This document shows, piece by piece, positions 12,378 through 24,701 of a stretch of 64,000 nucleotides of DNA. Origin of the DNA: Isurus oxyrinchus (lineage: Eukaryota); contig JANJGN010000026.1 of the NCBI GenBank assembly GCA_026770705.1, positions 5,952,001-6,016,000 on the forward strand. Reading direction: 5' to 3'. The stretch's first letter is position 1. Each line of letters opens with the position of its first letter. The position numbers and the translations under genes are program-made. The notes below the pieces were generated by a model. It saw only the letters and a program-made list of their open reading frames with translations, was not told the origin of the DNA and ran no database searches.

Positions 12378-13059
12378 CGAAGATAATGTTGATGATCTGT
12401 GTGGTTTGTTCGCCAGAGGCCCAGCGAAGACTGTGCATTTCGAATGCCACCAGCACCCGTGCACCCCTTCCCCTCCAGCCTCCTTTAATGAGACTGGTGA
12501 ACTTGGTTGCACCAATCTATGGCAGAGGTACCCTGCCCCAGTTACGTAGACGAACACTGAGCACAGTACTCCAAATACGTTGTTTGCAAAGCTTGCAGCA
12601 AAGCTTCCTTACACACTTAATCCAAACGCCTTTCAACAGCTTCACAGACACTATTAGTTATTCTTTTTTCCAGTTTTCTATCCATCTCAATACACTACCA
12701 ACAATTTAATTGTGCTTTAAGTTTACACGCTAATCACTTATGTGGGTAAAGGCTTATTTCAAAAAGTAACCTTCTTAAAATATTCTAGGTCACCCCCTTC
12801 CATAAAAAAGAAGGAAAAGGAGTCCTTGTGTCTACTAGCAGTGAACTTAATGCCGTTGGATGTAGGCTGTGCAAATCCACACTGACCGTAGGATTGCTGA
12901 ACTGCATCTGTCCTGATTTACTGCTCACCCCACTGCACCTGATCCGGACATGGATCTGGCCGCATTGAATGTAAACGTACAGAATTGTATCTTACCACAA
13001 TTAACATAACTCTGCCGAATGCGACCTGACCAGAACTATGGAACAATGCTTGAAGGAAC

Positions 13060-13880
13060 TTTCCCCTAACTTAATCTATTGCATTCGTTGCTCCCAATGC
13101 CGTCTCCTCTACATTGGAGAGACCAAACGTAAACTGGGCAACCGCTTTGCAGAACAGCTGCAGTCTGTCCGCAAGAAAGACCCAAACCTCCCTGTCACTT
13201 GCCATTTTAAAACTCCACCCTGCTCTCTTGCCCATATGTCTGTCCTTGGCTTGCTGCATTGTTCCAGTGAAGCCCAACGCAAACTGGAGGAACAGCACCT
13301 CATCTTCTGACCAGGCATTTTACAGCCTTCCGGACTGAATATTGAATTCAACAACTTTAGAACTTGAATTCACTCCTCCATCCCCGCCCCTTTCCGTTTC
13401 GTCCCCCTTTCTTTTGTTTTTTCCAATAATTTATATCGATTTTTCTTTTCCCACACATATCCATTATTTTAAAATATATATCTTTTATGCCCTGTTAGCC
13501 TTTCCACCCCACCCCCACTAGAGCTGTATCTTGAGTATCCTGCCATCCATTCATAATTAACACATTCATTTAGATAATATTACCACCTTCAACAACTCTT
13601 TGTTCTTTTGTCTGTGACATCTTTTGATTATCTGCTCCTATCACTGTTTTCTTGTCCCTACAAGCACACCACCCGCCACACTCCACCCCCCCCCCCCCAC
13701 CTTAAACCAGCTTATATTTCACCCCTCTCCTTATATTCACTCAGTTCTGTTGAAGGGTCATGAAGACTCGAAACATCAACTCCTTACCTCTCCGCCGATG
13801 CTGCCAGACCTACTGAGTTTTTCCAGGTAATTCTGTTTTTGTTTTGGATTTCCAGCATCCGCAGTATTCTGTTTTTATCT
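13060..13880 (+). mobile_element. Penelope-like retroelement 3' fragment (GIY-YIG endonuclease plus terminal repeat)
   Basis: NLIYCIRCSQCRLLYIGETKRKLGNRFAEQ..PVTCHF..RKLEEQHLIF*PGILQPSGLNIEF; hammerhead-like motif at 13741-13782. Confidence 0.92.
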
Positions 13881-14580
13881 CTGTATTTATTTGAAGGAAC
13901 TTGGCCCATCGTGAATTGAAGTATGCTTTGGGAACAGAATGCAACCATGCTGAACTAGACCAGAATGCACTGAATTTTCACACGCAAAAAAGGCACCTCG
14001 ATGGCAAACGAGATTTGGAGGAACTGGGTATATTCCCACTGAACGCAACTGTACTCTACTGGACATGTCCACGATGAACCAGACCTACCATCAGTGAATA
14101 TGCCAACAATAACCTGGAAAATCTGCACTGAATCTTTTCATGAAGAACTTAGCCTATTAACAACTAATATAATGGTTTTTAACAGGGCATGTCGACAATG
14201 AACATACAGGCAGGTGCCTTATAATGTGTGTAAATTCTCAGAAATATTTGCAACCACGTTGCACCTGCTCCGTAACCACAGAGACTGAATATTGAACAGG
14301 ACTGAGAACCCGACTCAGTTTTATGTTAAATAAAAGTATTCCTCAACACGCTCAGGACTGAAAACCAATGACTTGACCTGGCCCCAAAATCCAGACAGTT
14401 GAGTATTTTATAAAGAACTGCAACTATTATCATTATGAAGTTTCTGTGTGTTTCACTTTAGAACTATTTCAGATCCCATCAAAAGAGAAAGACCAGCCCA
14501 GTGGCAGCTGCATGAATTTGTTTGTTGCAATAACTTTAATTAATTTAAAATGTCAAACCAATTGGTTATCTCCCCGGAGC

Positions 14581-14602
14581 CTAACAGCAGGTATAAATGT
14601 GA
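14581..14602 (+). promoter_or_regulatory. TATA-containing core promoter of a GPR139-like gene
   Basis: CTAACAGCAGGTATAAATGTGA with TATAAA at 14592-14597, ~50 nt before exon 1; the same motif and spacing occur at the 47.3 kb paralog. Confidence 0.75.
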
Positions 14603-14647
14603 GCATTTTCGGTGAATTGCAGAACGTGCTCAGGTCTCCTGGGAGAA

Positions 14648-14717
14648 CTGCACAGAGTACCAAACGGTCGGGTATTTGCCATTTACTATCCCGTCATTGG
14701 GGTAATCAGGGTTCCAG
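14648..14717 (+). pseudogene. GPR139-like exon 1 (start codon reads CTG)
   Basis: 70-nt exon (L)HRVPNGRVFAIYYPVIGVIRVP with phase-1 GTAAAA donor; homologous to 47251-47182. Confidence 0.85.
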
Positions 14718-16237
14718 GTAAAATAGTGTAGTCTGTCAGCAGCTGCAAGAATCATTGGTTGGCAGCAAGAATTCTACAATTTTCCCTGTAGCGCATCTCA
14801 ATGATGCCGGTATCCTTTCTCCAGTAACATGAGATGCATATTCCACCCTTACCATTATATTTTCTGTCCCTAAACTGGTATAACTTCAGACTTTTACAGA
14901 ACCATTTTTCCACCTTTATGGATTAATTCGCCATTTTACCTTCGCACTTCAGTCAAGTTATTTTTTCGGTATTAAAGGCTTCTATTTCCCCTTTAATAAT
15001 GTCCCCTTTGCCAACATAGTTTCTTGACATTACCTGTATAATTTCTCTCGTTTAAATTTATAGTATCTCCCTTTGACTGATAACATTCCATTGTTTTAAT
15101 GATATAATTCCTTGCCATTTGCTATTGCCATCACAATAAGTAAATGTAATTATATTAGGCTATTAACATTGTTACAATCGGTCGATTATCATTATGTGAA
15201 CACAGAGTAATGGAGCTTTGTTGTGTTAACGGCGCTGTTACTGAAGTAAAATTGTCACACATGTTATTACAATGCTAAGGTAAAGGGATTCTGTGGTTGA
15301 CAATGTTCCAGTGGGTGAATTAACACACATTGAAGACAGTACAAATGTGGACCCATTGTATTGTTACCACTGTTATTGCGGGTAAATTATCACATTGTTG
15401 TCACGTTGAATATATCGTTCTATTGTGCCTTTCACTTACAGAACGGGAGAATAATTTAATAAACGATTGTTTGATAATCGAACCTTTGAATTGTTCCCGA
15501 GTGAATTTCATGAATTTATTTATTAAAGGGACATTATTAATGTTGACAGAAAGTCCAGCAGTGTAGGAGGTTCTTTCTTCAAATTGGACCTCATCACTTG
15601 CAAATTCCAATGATCCAAATAGATACCGAAGACCCCACATGATTGTCAGGTGAAGGGCTCGCAGTTACAAATGCGCCCTTCACACCATTTCCTCTGCAAA
15701 GTCAGAGAAACGGTACTTGTCCATCACTTACCCCTGTTTGAGGATATGTTTCATAAATTTGAACATCAGCTTTACTACGGTCAATAATATTACAGTAATT
15801 TGTTGGAAGGATCTACTTTTGATTCTCCGTGAGTATAATCTACATTTTTCTTCATTTCTACGCTGGCTGGTGTGTTATTCACCCGCTTCAATGTGTTGCC
15901 TCATTGTGTGCTGACTTGTCATTTCCCGTTTTTTTTCACATTTCCATCTTGGTTTCGGTTTCTTTTCTGTTCCTCTTGTTCTTAGTTAAGTCTGATTATC
16001 GCATTTTGCATTACCTCGCATTTCACCTGCCTTCTGTTCATTGAATTGAGTGCAGAAATAATTCTTAATAGCTTGCAGCACTCGCTCTCTCCCTTTCTCT
16101 GTCTCTCTCCCTCCATCTCTCTCTCTATCTCTCTCCCTCCCTTCGTCTATCTCTCTCGCTCCATCCCTTTTGCTTGGATTGAAACCGAAAATTGACAGTT
16201 CTCACTCAGTCGCACACAGACTTTTTTTGTGTTCCAG

Positions 16238-17220
16238 TCTCAAAGAAGACGTGTCACTTCTAGCGTGGTGTCCATGGCGGTGACAGGTCTTGGCTGTAAT
16301 ATTAAACTGTACTGGTCTAATTTATGTTCCATCCAGCTCCCCGTCTCTCACACCAGTTTGCAGTTTTAGTCCTGCCTTAAATTTGGCAAGCCATTGACAG
16401 TTCGACTTGATTCACGGTGGCTTTTCCCTTTGATCTGTTTATGGACATTTCTTGCCAGAAGCTGAAAATAAATATTTCACCGGGATGATGGCTACGCGTG
16501 TTCCAGGAATAGTTTCTGCACTGTGCTGTGGATAAAATAGCACTTGATTTGGTTATGAACCTTCGTACATAATTAACAATACACCCTATTTCTGCCACAG
16601 AAGATTCACATTTTATGCGGCACCTGCATGGACCGCATATGACTGGATTCCGTCGATTGTCACTCCTTGTCTCCCATTCATTCTGATTTCACTGTTCAAT
16701 GCTCTGACCGTCAGACACATTTTAGCGGCAGGAGACTCCAGGCACAGAGTATTGGAGAGAATCAGAGTGACCCAGAGATGGAGAAGCGGAAGTTCATTGC
16801 TTTACTCTTCGCCATCTCGGACAGTTTCACCCTGTTATATTTGTTGTATTATATAGCCATCCTCTGTCTGAATGGAGAATGTTGTTAATTTCTCTGTTTC
16901 CGATTTCAATTCTGAAGAAGTCATAATGGACTCGCATTACCTATGTTACCTATGTTCCTCCTCCAGAGTTGCTGCCAGGCCTGTTGAGTTTTCCCAGCAC
17001 TTTCTATTTTTATTACAGATCTCCAGCAGTCGCAATATTTTGCTTTCTTATTCTCATTTCAGTGATTCCACAATTATCCTCCTGCAAAAAATAGTTATGA
17101 TTCAGTTATCCACTTCCTGCGCTAAACCATTTTTAAAATTCTGGTAAACAGATTAAAATGAGAGCCGAGTTAAAGAATGCGGTGAAGTGTACATTGAGCG
17201 TGTTTGTTCAAATTTAAAAT
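16238..17220 (+). pseudogene. GPR139-like exon 2, copy A (heavily decayed, interrupted)
   Basis: Recognisable VSMAV, CQKLKI, TPCLPFILISLFNALTVRHILA, GENQSDPEMEKRK and RAELKNAVK blocks with many frameshifts; insertion at ~16911-17051. Confidence 0.88.
16911..17051 (+). mobile_element. Short Penelope terminal-repeat-derived insertion
   Basis: CTGAAGAAGTCATAATGGACTCG..GCTGCCAGGCCTGTTGAGTTTTCCCAGCACTTTC resembles 13747-13880; absent from paralog B, which reads TCCGATTTCAGTGATT. Confidence 0.75.
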
Positions 17221-17809
17221 TTGTAGTAGGAAATTTAATCACGAACTGTATTTCATGCATGTAAAATTGAATGGCTGGCACAATAACTCAGACTGTTTGT
17301 GGGACGGGCGTAACAATCGATTGCCTTATCTGGTTGCACGGCCTGCGCGGATCAGATTGGTGAAAGCAGTACTGCGTTCGCTCCCTGTTCCTTCCTGTGG
17401 AGATTTGAGATCTCCCTCAATGCCCTACGTGTTGTGGGGATTGCGGCACTCTGGGTAGAACCTACCTTCTCAGGCCGAGAACTCAAGAAGAAATTTCGAT
17501 TCTCCCGTGTTGGCTTCAATGTGTTTACGAAGCCTTTTTGTTCTCGGTTGGCTCTTAATATATTAATTGGTATCCTTATGTCATTGACATATCTTATTTC
17601 TAATATAGGCGATTGTTGCAAAAACTACAAACAATTGTCTCCATGTTAGCGAATGTCTTGCTCATCAGGATAATGCCTGAAAAGTATCAATTTTACACAT
17701 CATGATGAAAAACAGATTTTTTTGGCAACTCAAACATGTAGCTTTGCTGACCTCTCTCCCTCCCAAACAAATACCACTGCCTCTATACCTATATTTCTCT
17801 CTATTACAG

Positions 17810-18690
17810 CTAACATGTCTCAAAGAAGATGCGGACTCTCTGGATGTATCACTTACTACCTGGTGTCCATGGCGGTGGCGGATCTCATGGTCTTGATCAC
17901 TGCTGTGATTTTAAGCCGGGTTGTGGGAATTTATTTCCCATCCAGTTTCTTGTCCATCACACCGGTGTGCAGCCTCCGAGCTTCCTTAATCTACACAGCT
18001 TTCGAAAGCTCCGTTTGGTTAACAGTTGCTTTCAGATTTGTGGCCATTTGTTGTCCGAAGCTGAAAGTAATATTCAGTACTGAGACGGCAGCGTCGCTGG
18101 TTATAGGTATCGTGGCAACACTGAACTGCGTAACAAGTTCCTTCATGTATTTTGCAACAGAACCTAAATACATAATTAACAATGTACCCTGGTTCTGCAA
18201 CATAAAATTAGTATTTTAGACGTCACCTGCATGGGTCGCATATGACTCCATTCGTTCGATTTTAATCCCGAGTCTCCCATTCATTCTGATTTTGCTGCTC
18301 AATGCTCTGACCGTCAGACACATTCTAACGGCCAATAGAGCCCGCACGAGACTCTGGACCAGCAATGGAGAGAATCAGAGTGACTCAGAGATGGAGAAGC
18401 GGAGAAAGTCCATGGTTTTACTCTTCACTATCTCAGGCAGTTTCATCCTGTTATATTTGTTTTTTTTTATAACGGTACTTTACATCTGAGCTGCGAATCT
18501 TACATATTCTTCAGTTTCCGATTTCAGTGATTTCACGTTTGGTCTCTACCAAATTGGATACATGCTTCAGTTATTGAGTGCCTGCTTCAACCCGTTTACT
18601 TATGCTGGGACCCCGAGTAAAATCAGAGCCGAGTTAAAGAATGGGGTGAAATATCCACTGAGGTTAAATGTTAAAATATTTAAACATTGA
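17810..18690 (+). pseudogene. GPR139-like exon 2, copy B
   Basis: TTACAG acceptor; single frame ANMSQRRCGLSGCITYYLVSMAVADL..GYMLQLLSACFNPFTYAGT..KH*. Stops at 18217-18219 and 18487-18489; in-frame deletions in TM1 and at the DRF motif (TVAF-RFVAIC). Confidence 0.93.
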
Positions 18691-19199
18691 AAATAGGAAA
18701 CTAGCATGAGCTTTACATTGTTTCCATTGCATTCCTTATTCAATTCCACAATTTCTTCTTCTTGCCCCTGAAAGACACGGGCCCACTTCCAAGGTGACTT
18801 TTATTTTATGTCCATTTCCTGCGTGTGAATTGAAGAACACATGAGAAAAGCTGTATTCCCGCTCAGTTCAAAGCGGTAAACAGTCCGAAATTGAATTCCC
18901 ATCACCTGTCCCGCGGTGACTAAAGCTTGGTGTTTCCATCAACCCTGTTGACTCTGGAGGCCAGCAAATAAACTCTAAACAACACTTATTAACACATGCA
19001 GGAATGATATAATAATAACAATTATATTTTATTATTTTTGTTACTATTATTATGATGACATGTGATGCAAGGGTCGCTGGGAAGGTCAGTATTCCTTGCC
19101 AATGCCTAGTTTGCCTTGTCAAACCAACGTCTTGGCTGCACTCATGGACTGGATTGACTCCTCCATGGTTCACACATGAGCGCACAGTGCCTGAACCTG

Positions 19200-19850
19200 T
19201 ACCAGATTTCTACTTCCCGCTGCACTTCCAGGCTTTGCCATCTTGCTGATGACTCCAGGCGTACCTCCTCGACCTGACACTGAGCACTGCAGGGCTATCC
19301 CATGGATTTCCGAAAGTTAGTTGCCTCAACTGTGCCTGTCGCAATCAGCTATTCGGGTGCATCTCAGCGGTGCTCACCAGGTTGAAACCCTAATGCTCCT
19401 CGCATGCCTACAGCTTTCAAGTTAGGGGTCCCTGTTGTGGTAGAGGGTGCAGGGAAATTAAGTGATGTGCACCCTCTGTGATCTCTTTCTCCCCCGCAGA
19501 GGACGAGGGTTTTTGCAGAGACCCTGGATCTGACTGCTCTTTTCATGACCTGCACCAGGGTGGAGAGCAATGAGAGGGCAAAATATCCATCTGACTACTC
19601 ATCATGTGGAGCTCCATCTGAGACTGGAGTACACACACACACGATCACTACGCTTTTTGCTAGGCAGACGGTGGCAGTAGCATCCAATCGTCCTTCACTC
19701 TTTGAGACCTCTAGCCCCGACTCACTGTTAGTGATTGCCTGTCCTTCCTCGATGCAGCCTAACTCTTCCTCTACAGATGTGGCGTGCCCATGTAAGGTGC
19801 ACGCCTCCAGTCCCTCTCTTTCCCTTGCATTATCAGCTCTCTTCTCCTTT
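19200..19850 (-). mobile_element. Remnant of a PIF/Harbinger-type Myb/SANT-like ORF
   Basis: EKRADNARERE / TGG..ATSVEEE..EGQAI resembles the EKxAHNxRERxxTGGG motif of Harbinger-derived Myb-like proteins; recognised from memory only. Confidence 0.5.
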
Positions 19851-20307
19851 AAATGCATACATTTACAATGTTGCTCAACATTCATGGCCAAGCTAGATGA
19901 CCAAGCTGTTGACAGTCAAACGATCCAGAATGATGTCACAGGCATGCTTCCTGTATGTGATCGTTGAGTAATGTTTGACACATAAATTTCAATTTTACGT
20001 AGCTTTAGACAGATATGGTACAAAACCTGTTTTTCCCCGAAATTGACTTTTTGTAATTCCGTTGTTGTGCCGTAAGTTTAATGCAATGTTTGATATTTTG
20101 ATGCAACCAGCATTATAAAATGTTTTATAGTCTGAAATACATTATCATTGAGAACAATATAATTGATTCTGAAATTAACCTTTATTGATAACAATGCTGC
20201 TAAAAAAAACAAGAGCATTAATAATAAAAGCAAGAATGATAATAAGAAATTGAAAACAAGTCAGAAAGATTGATAGGCAGAAAGATCGTTATGCAGACAG
20301 GAAAATG

Positions 20308-20477
20308 NNNNNNNNNNNNNNNNNNNNNNNNNNNNNNNNNNNNNNNNNNNNNNNNNNNNNNNNNNNNNNNNNNNNNNNNNNNNNNNNNNNNNNNNNNNNN
20401 NNNNNNNNNNNNNNNNNNNNNNNNNNNNNNNNNNNNNNNNNNNNNNNNNNNNNNNNNNNNNNNNNNNNNNNNNNNNN
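20308..20477. other. Assembly gap (170 N)
   Basis: Run of N. Confidence 1.
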
Positions 20478-20797
20478 CAGACTGAACGCAGAGAGAGGCA
20501 TGTTAGCGTGAGTGGAGGCATGGCTCTGGTGATGTACGAATGTATGATAGTTAGATGTATGAATATTTTGATTGAAGAATCAATGATTAGATTGAGAGCT
20601 GTCTGGAAAAGATGATGTATGGTTGGATTGATAGACCTGACACCTCTTGCTTTATTTCTGCCCTAATAATAAATCGGGAATAACATTAAGTTCTTTTATA
20701 CAACCTGTTTTCAAATCATCAGATAACCGGATTATATATCAGGAGCTTCGTGCTGGTGATGAGGCAATTATTTGTTGACTGCTGGGTAGCTGTTCAT

Positions 20798-23700
20798 ATC
20801 ACAGAATCACAGAATTGTTACATCGCAAAAAGAGGTCACTTAGCCAATCGTTTCAGCACTGGCTCTTTGAATGAGCAACTCACGCAGTATCATTAACGCA
20901 CCTTCTTCCCAGAATCTTGAACACTCTTCCTTCTTCGATATTGTTTAATTCCCTTATCATTTTCTCAATTGAATTTGCCTCCATCACATTTTCATGCAGT
21001 TCATTCCAAACCCTAACCACAGGCTGCATTGTATAGTTTTCCCTTGTATCAATTCCGCTTCTTTTAAAAATTATTTTAGCTTTGTTCCCACTCATTTCTG
21101 ACCCTTTCAAGAGAGGGAACAGTTTCTCCCTATCTACTCTGTCCATGCCCCTCGTGATTTTGCACAGCTCCATGAAATCTCGTCTGAACCTTTTTTCTCT
21201 CTCAACGAAAACAGACCTAATTTTCTCACTTTATCTTCATAATTGAAGTCCCTCATCACTGGAAGCATTCACATGAAGCTTTTCAGCAACGATCTATCGC
21301 CTTCACACCCTCCTGAAGGTGTGGTGCCCAGAACTGGATGCAATACTCCAGCTGAAGCAAAACTAATGACTTACCTATATTCAACATAACCACCCTCCTC
21401 TTGTACTCTTTGCCTCTATGAATAAGGCCCGGGATGCCGTATGCTTCATGAATCACTCTCTCAACATCTCCTACCTCCTTCAATGAGTTATGCACATATA
21501 CAACCAGTTACCTCTGCTCCTGCATTTCCTAAAGAGAGGTACTCTTTATTTGATAATGTCTGTCTATGTTCTTCCTAACAAATGAATTAGTTTAATTTTT
21601 TATGCTTTGAACTTCATCTACCACCTGACCGACCATCCCACCGATTTAACTATGCCCTTTTGAAGTTCAATATTGTCCTCCTCACAGCTCACAATGACTC
21701 CAAGTTATGTATCATTCACAAACTTTGAAATAGTGCCCTGTACACCAAAGTCTATGTTAGGAATATATCAAGAAAAGCAAGGGCCCCAACACAGAACACT
21801 ACAAGCCTGCATCCTGCCTGAAAAACATCTATTACCAATTACTCTCTGCTTCCTGTCACTCAGCCGATCTTGTATCCATGTTACATTGTTCCTTTTATTC
21901 CTGAGCTACACTTTTGCTCACAAGTCCGTTGTGTGGAATTGCCCTTTGGAGTCCATGTACACCACATCAACAGCATTTCCCTCAACAACCCTCTTTGTTA
22001 CCTCCTCACGCAACTCCAACAGTTTAGCTAAACGAGATTTTCGCTTAATAAATCCATCTAAGCTTTCCCTAATTAACCCTTATTTGCCCCCATGATTATT
22101 GATTTAGTTTTGAATTATTGTTACTAGAATTTTCTCCACCACTGAAGTAAACGTGAGTGGCCTATGGTTGCTGGGCTTATCTTTACACCCTCCTTTGAAT
22201 AAATTTGCAACATCTGCATTTGGCTCGTCTCCCATGAGAACCCCGAGTTTAAAGAAACCTGAAGAGTTATGGTACCCCGATCTAATATCATCTCATGGAT
22301 CCCACACCACTGCCTCTGCCATTTCCACCCTACTTCCATCAGTATCCTTGAAGTATGTCAAGCAGTCCTGCTGCCTTATCGAAGTTAAATATAGATAACC
22401 TATCCAATATCCATTTTTTTCTTTTCAATTATAAACCCATTTGTACCTGAATTCCCTTATTGTTCAGAACGGTCTGGGTCGCTTCTTCCTCCTTTGTCAA
22501 GACAGATGCAAAATATTCATTTGACTCTTCAGGTATACCCTCTACCTTCATGTGGTAACCCCGTCTTTAGTACCTAATCTGCCACACTTTTCATTTTACC
22601 ACACTTTTCCTATTCATATGCCCATAGAATGCTTTGTGATTAAATTTTCAGTTAGTTGACAGTCTCTTTTCATAATCGCTCTATGCTTCTTTTATTTGCT
22701 TTTTCATCTCGCCTCTGAACGTCCTGCAGTCAGATTGGTTTTCAATGGTATTTTCTCCTGACAACTGTCAAACAAACATTTTTTCTTGTTTGTCTTGCTT
22801 TCTCTTTTAAGCATCCAGGGAGCTGTGTATTTGTTAGCTCTACCTTTTCCTTTCGAGGGAATATTGCTTGACTGTAGCCATTTGATCAGCTATCTTTTCC
22901 CTCCCAACTTTTCACACCAATAATTCTGCCTAGATTCGTTCTTACCCGATCGAAGTTGGCTTCCCCTCAGTTAATTTCTCTTACTTTGGACTGTTATTTG
23001 TGTTTTCTCACAGACAACTTAAAATGTTTGATAAAATGATCATTGTCCCCTAAATGGTCACCTACTCACATTTGATCTGCTTGGCTCATCTTATTTCCAA
23101 GAGCAACGCCCCCGTTGGAGTGGAAACATAATGCTGAAGAAAATTTCCCTCACCACATTCCAGGAACTCATTCCCCTCTCTGCCATTAACACTTCCACTG
23201 TCCCAAAATATATTTGGACAATTAATGTCCCGCATTCTAAGTACAAGTAAATGTTTGCACCTCTCTGTAATTTCTTTTCAGATGTGTTTCTCTACATCAT
23301 CCTCATCATTTGGTGACATATAGCTGACGCAGATCAATGCAATTGCACATTCTTTGCTCCTGAACACTAGCCAAATAGATTCTGCCCTTGATCCATTTGT
23401 GTCACCCTCTTTCTCCAGCATTGCAATGCTGCACTTAATTAATACAACTCTGCCCCCCTTTCCTTCCTTTCCTATCATTCCTGAATACTTTCCATTGAGG
23501 GATATTTAACAACCAGTCTTGCCCTTCCTTGAGTCAGGCCTCTGTTACAGACACAACATCGTATTTCCACATTGCAACCTGCGGCTCTAACTCATGAATC
23601 TTCTTTACCGCAAACTGTGCATTCACATGCATGCACAGTAACCTTGAATTAGAATCAATTACTTCTGCCTGTACGCTAACCCAGCCTATTAGCTTACTAC

Positions 23701-24270
23701 TCCTTATGAGAGGGAGATCTGTCTCCCGAAGTGCTCTCTCCAACTTGGTGCTCCTGTCTAATACCATCTTATGGATCCCACACATCTGCTTTGTTAATCT
23801 TATTGCTTCCGAGTAGCATTCGCAAAACACCCCTCAAGGAACTGTGCTCAAGTGCAACCCGTTTGGCCTACTTGTCTCACCTACCCCACAAGCTGTCCCA
23901 ATATCCCAGGAATCTAAAGCCCTCCCTCCTGTATTCACTTTCAAGCCATGCATTCATCTGTCTTATATTTTTTTTTTTGCATTCACACACGCTTGGCACT
24001 GGGACTAAACCAGAGATTATTACATTTGAAGTCCTGCATCATAATTTTTTACCTACCTCCCTAAATTCTACTGCAGGACCACATCCCTCTTTTTACCTCT
24101 ATCTCTGGTATGGATGTGGACCACGACAACTGGCTGTTCACCTTCCCTCAGGGTGTTCCATCACTGGCGTTAGGACGGGGAGGGCAACACACCATCATGG
24201 ATTCACATATGTGGCCACGGAAAAGCCTATCTATACTCCTAAATATGAATGATGTTGCAGTCTCCCCTGT
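20798..24270 (-). mobile_element. Decayed CR1 LINE (ORF1, endonuclease, RT, 3' tail)
   Basis: (ATTCTGTG)n tail; fragments SLVLLQLEYCIQFWAPH, RGMDRVDREKLFPL, ESIWLVFRSK and CMHVNAQ..KIHELE..YDVVSVTEA. Confidence 0.9.
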
Positions 24271-24568
24271 CAGCTTTAGATATAGCGTTAGATTTTTGCA
24301 TCATGCATCACCAGTGGAACAGACCCTATCCTCCAGCAGAGGAGGAGAAGGTTAATAATAAGGGTCACAAAGATAAGGAATGAAATTCACGAATTATAAA
24401 TAATTCAAAATGATAAGTCATTATACTTAACAACTATTTTCAATATTTTATTTTATTCAAAATATATTTAAGTTCATTTAATATCCTTAAGATTTATTGA
24501 GTTCTCATTGTTCATTCTGTCACTGAGGAATCATCTATGTCATCAGTGAAATGTCCGTGATGGTGCGT

Positions 24569-24701
24569 GTTACGATGCCGCCATTGGTTAGCATGTCCTA
24601 CTTATAGAGCAGTACAGTCAACTGGCTATGCCAAGGTACTTATAGAGCAGTACAGTCAGCGCGCTATGCCAAGGTTATGCGTTCGAGTCTCAACTAGGGC
24701 A
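24569..24701 (+). tRNA. Intron-containing tRNA-Ile(TAT) pseudogene with tandem duplication of the anticodon/intron region
   Basis: ATTGGTTAGC..TACTTATA-intron-ATGCCAAGGTTATGCGTTCGAGTCTCAACTAGGGCA followed by TTTT, matching the vertebrate Ile-TAT gene layout; a 38-bp unit is repeated at 24599-24636 and 24637-24674. Confidence 0.8.

Noticed and set aside
20261-20521. ORFs of X residues
   Set aside because: Artefacts of the N gap.
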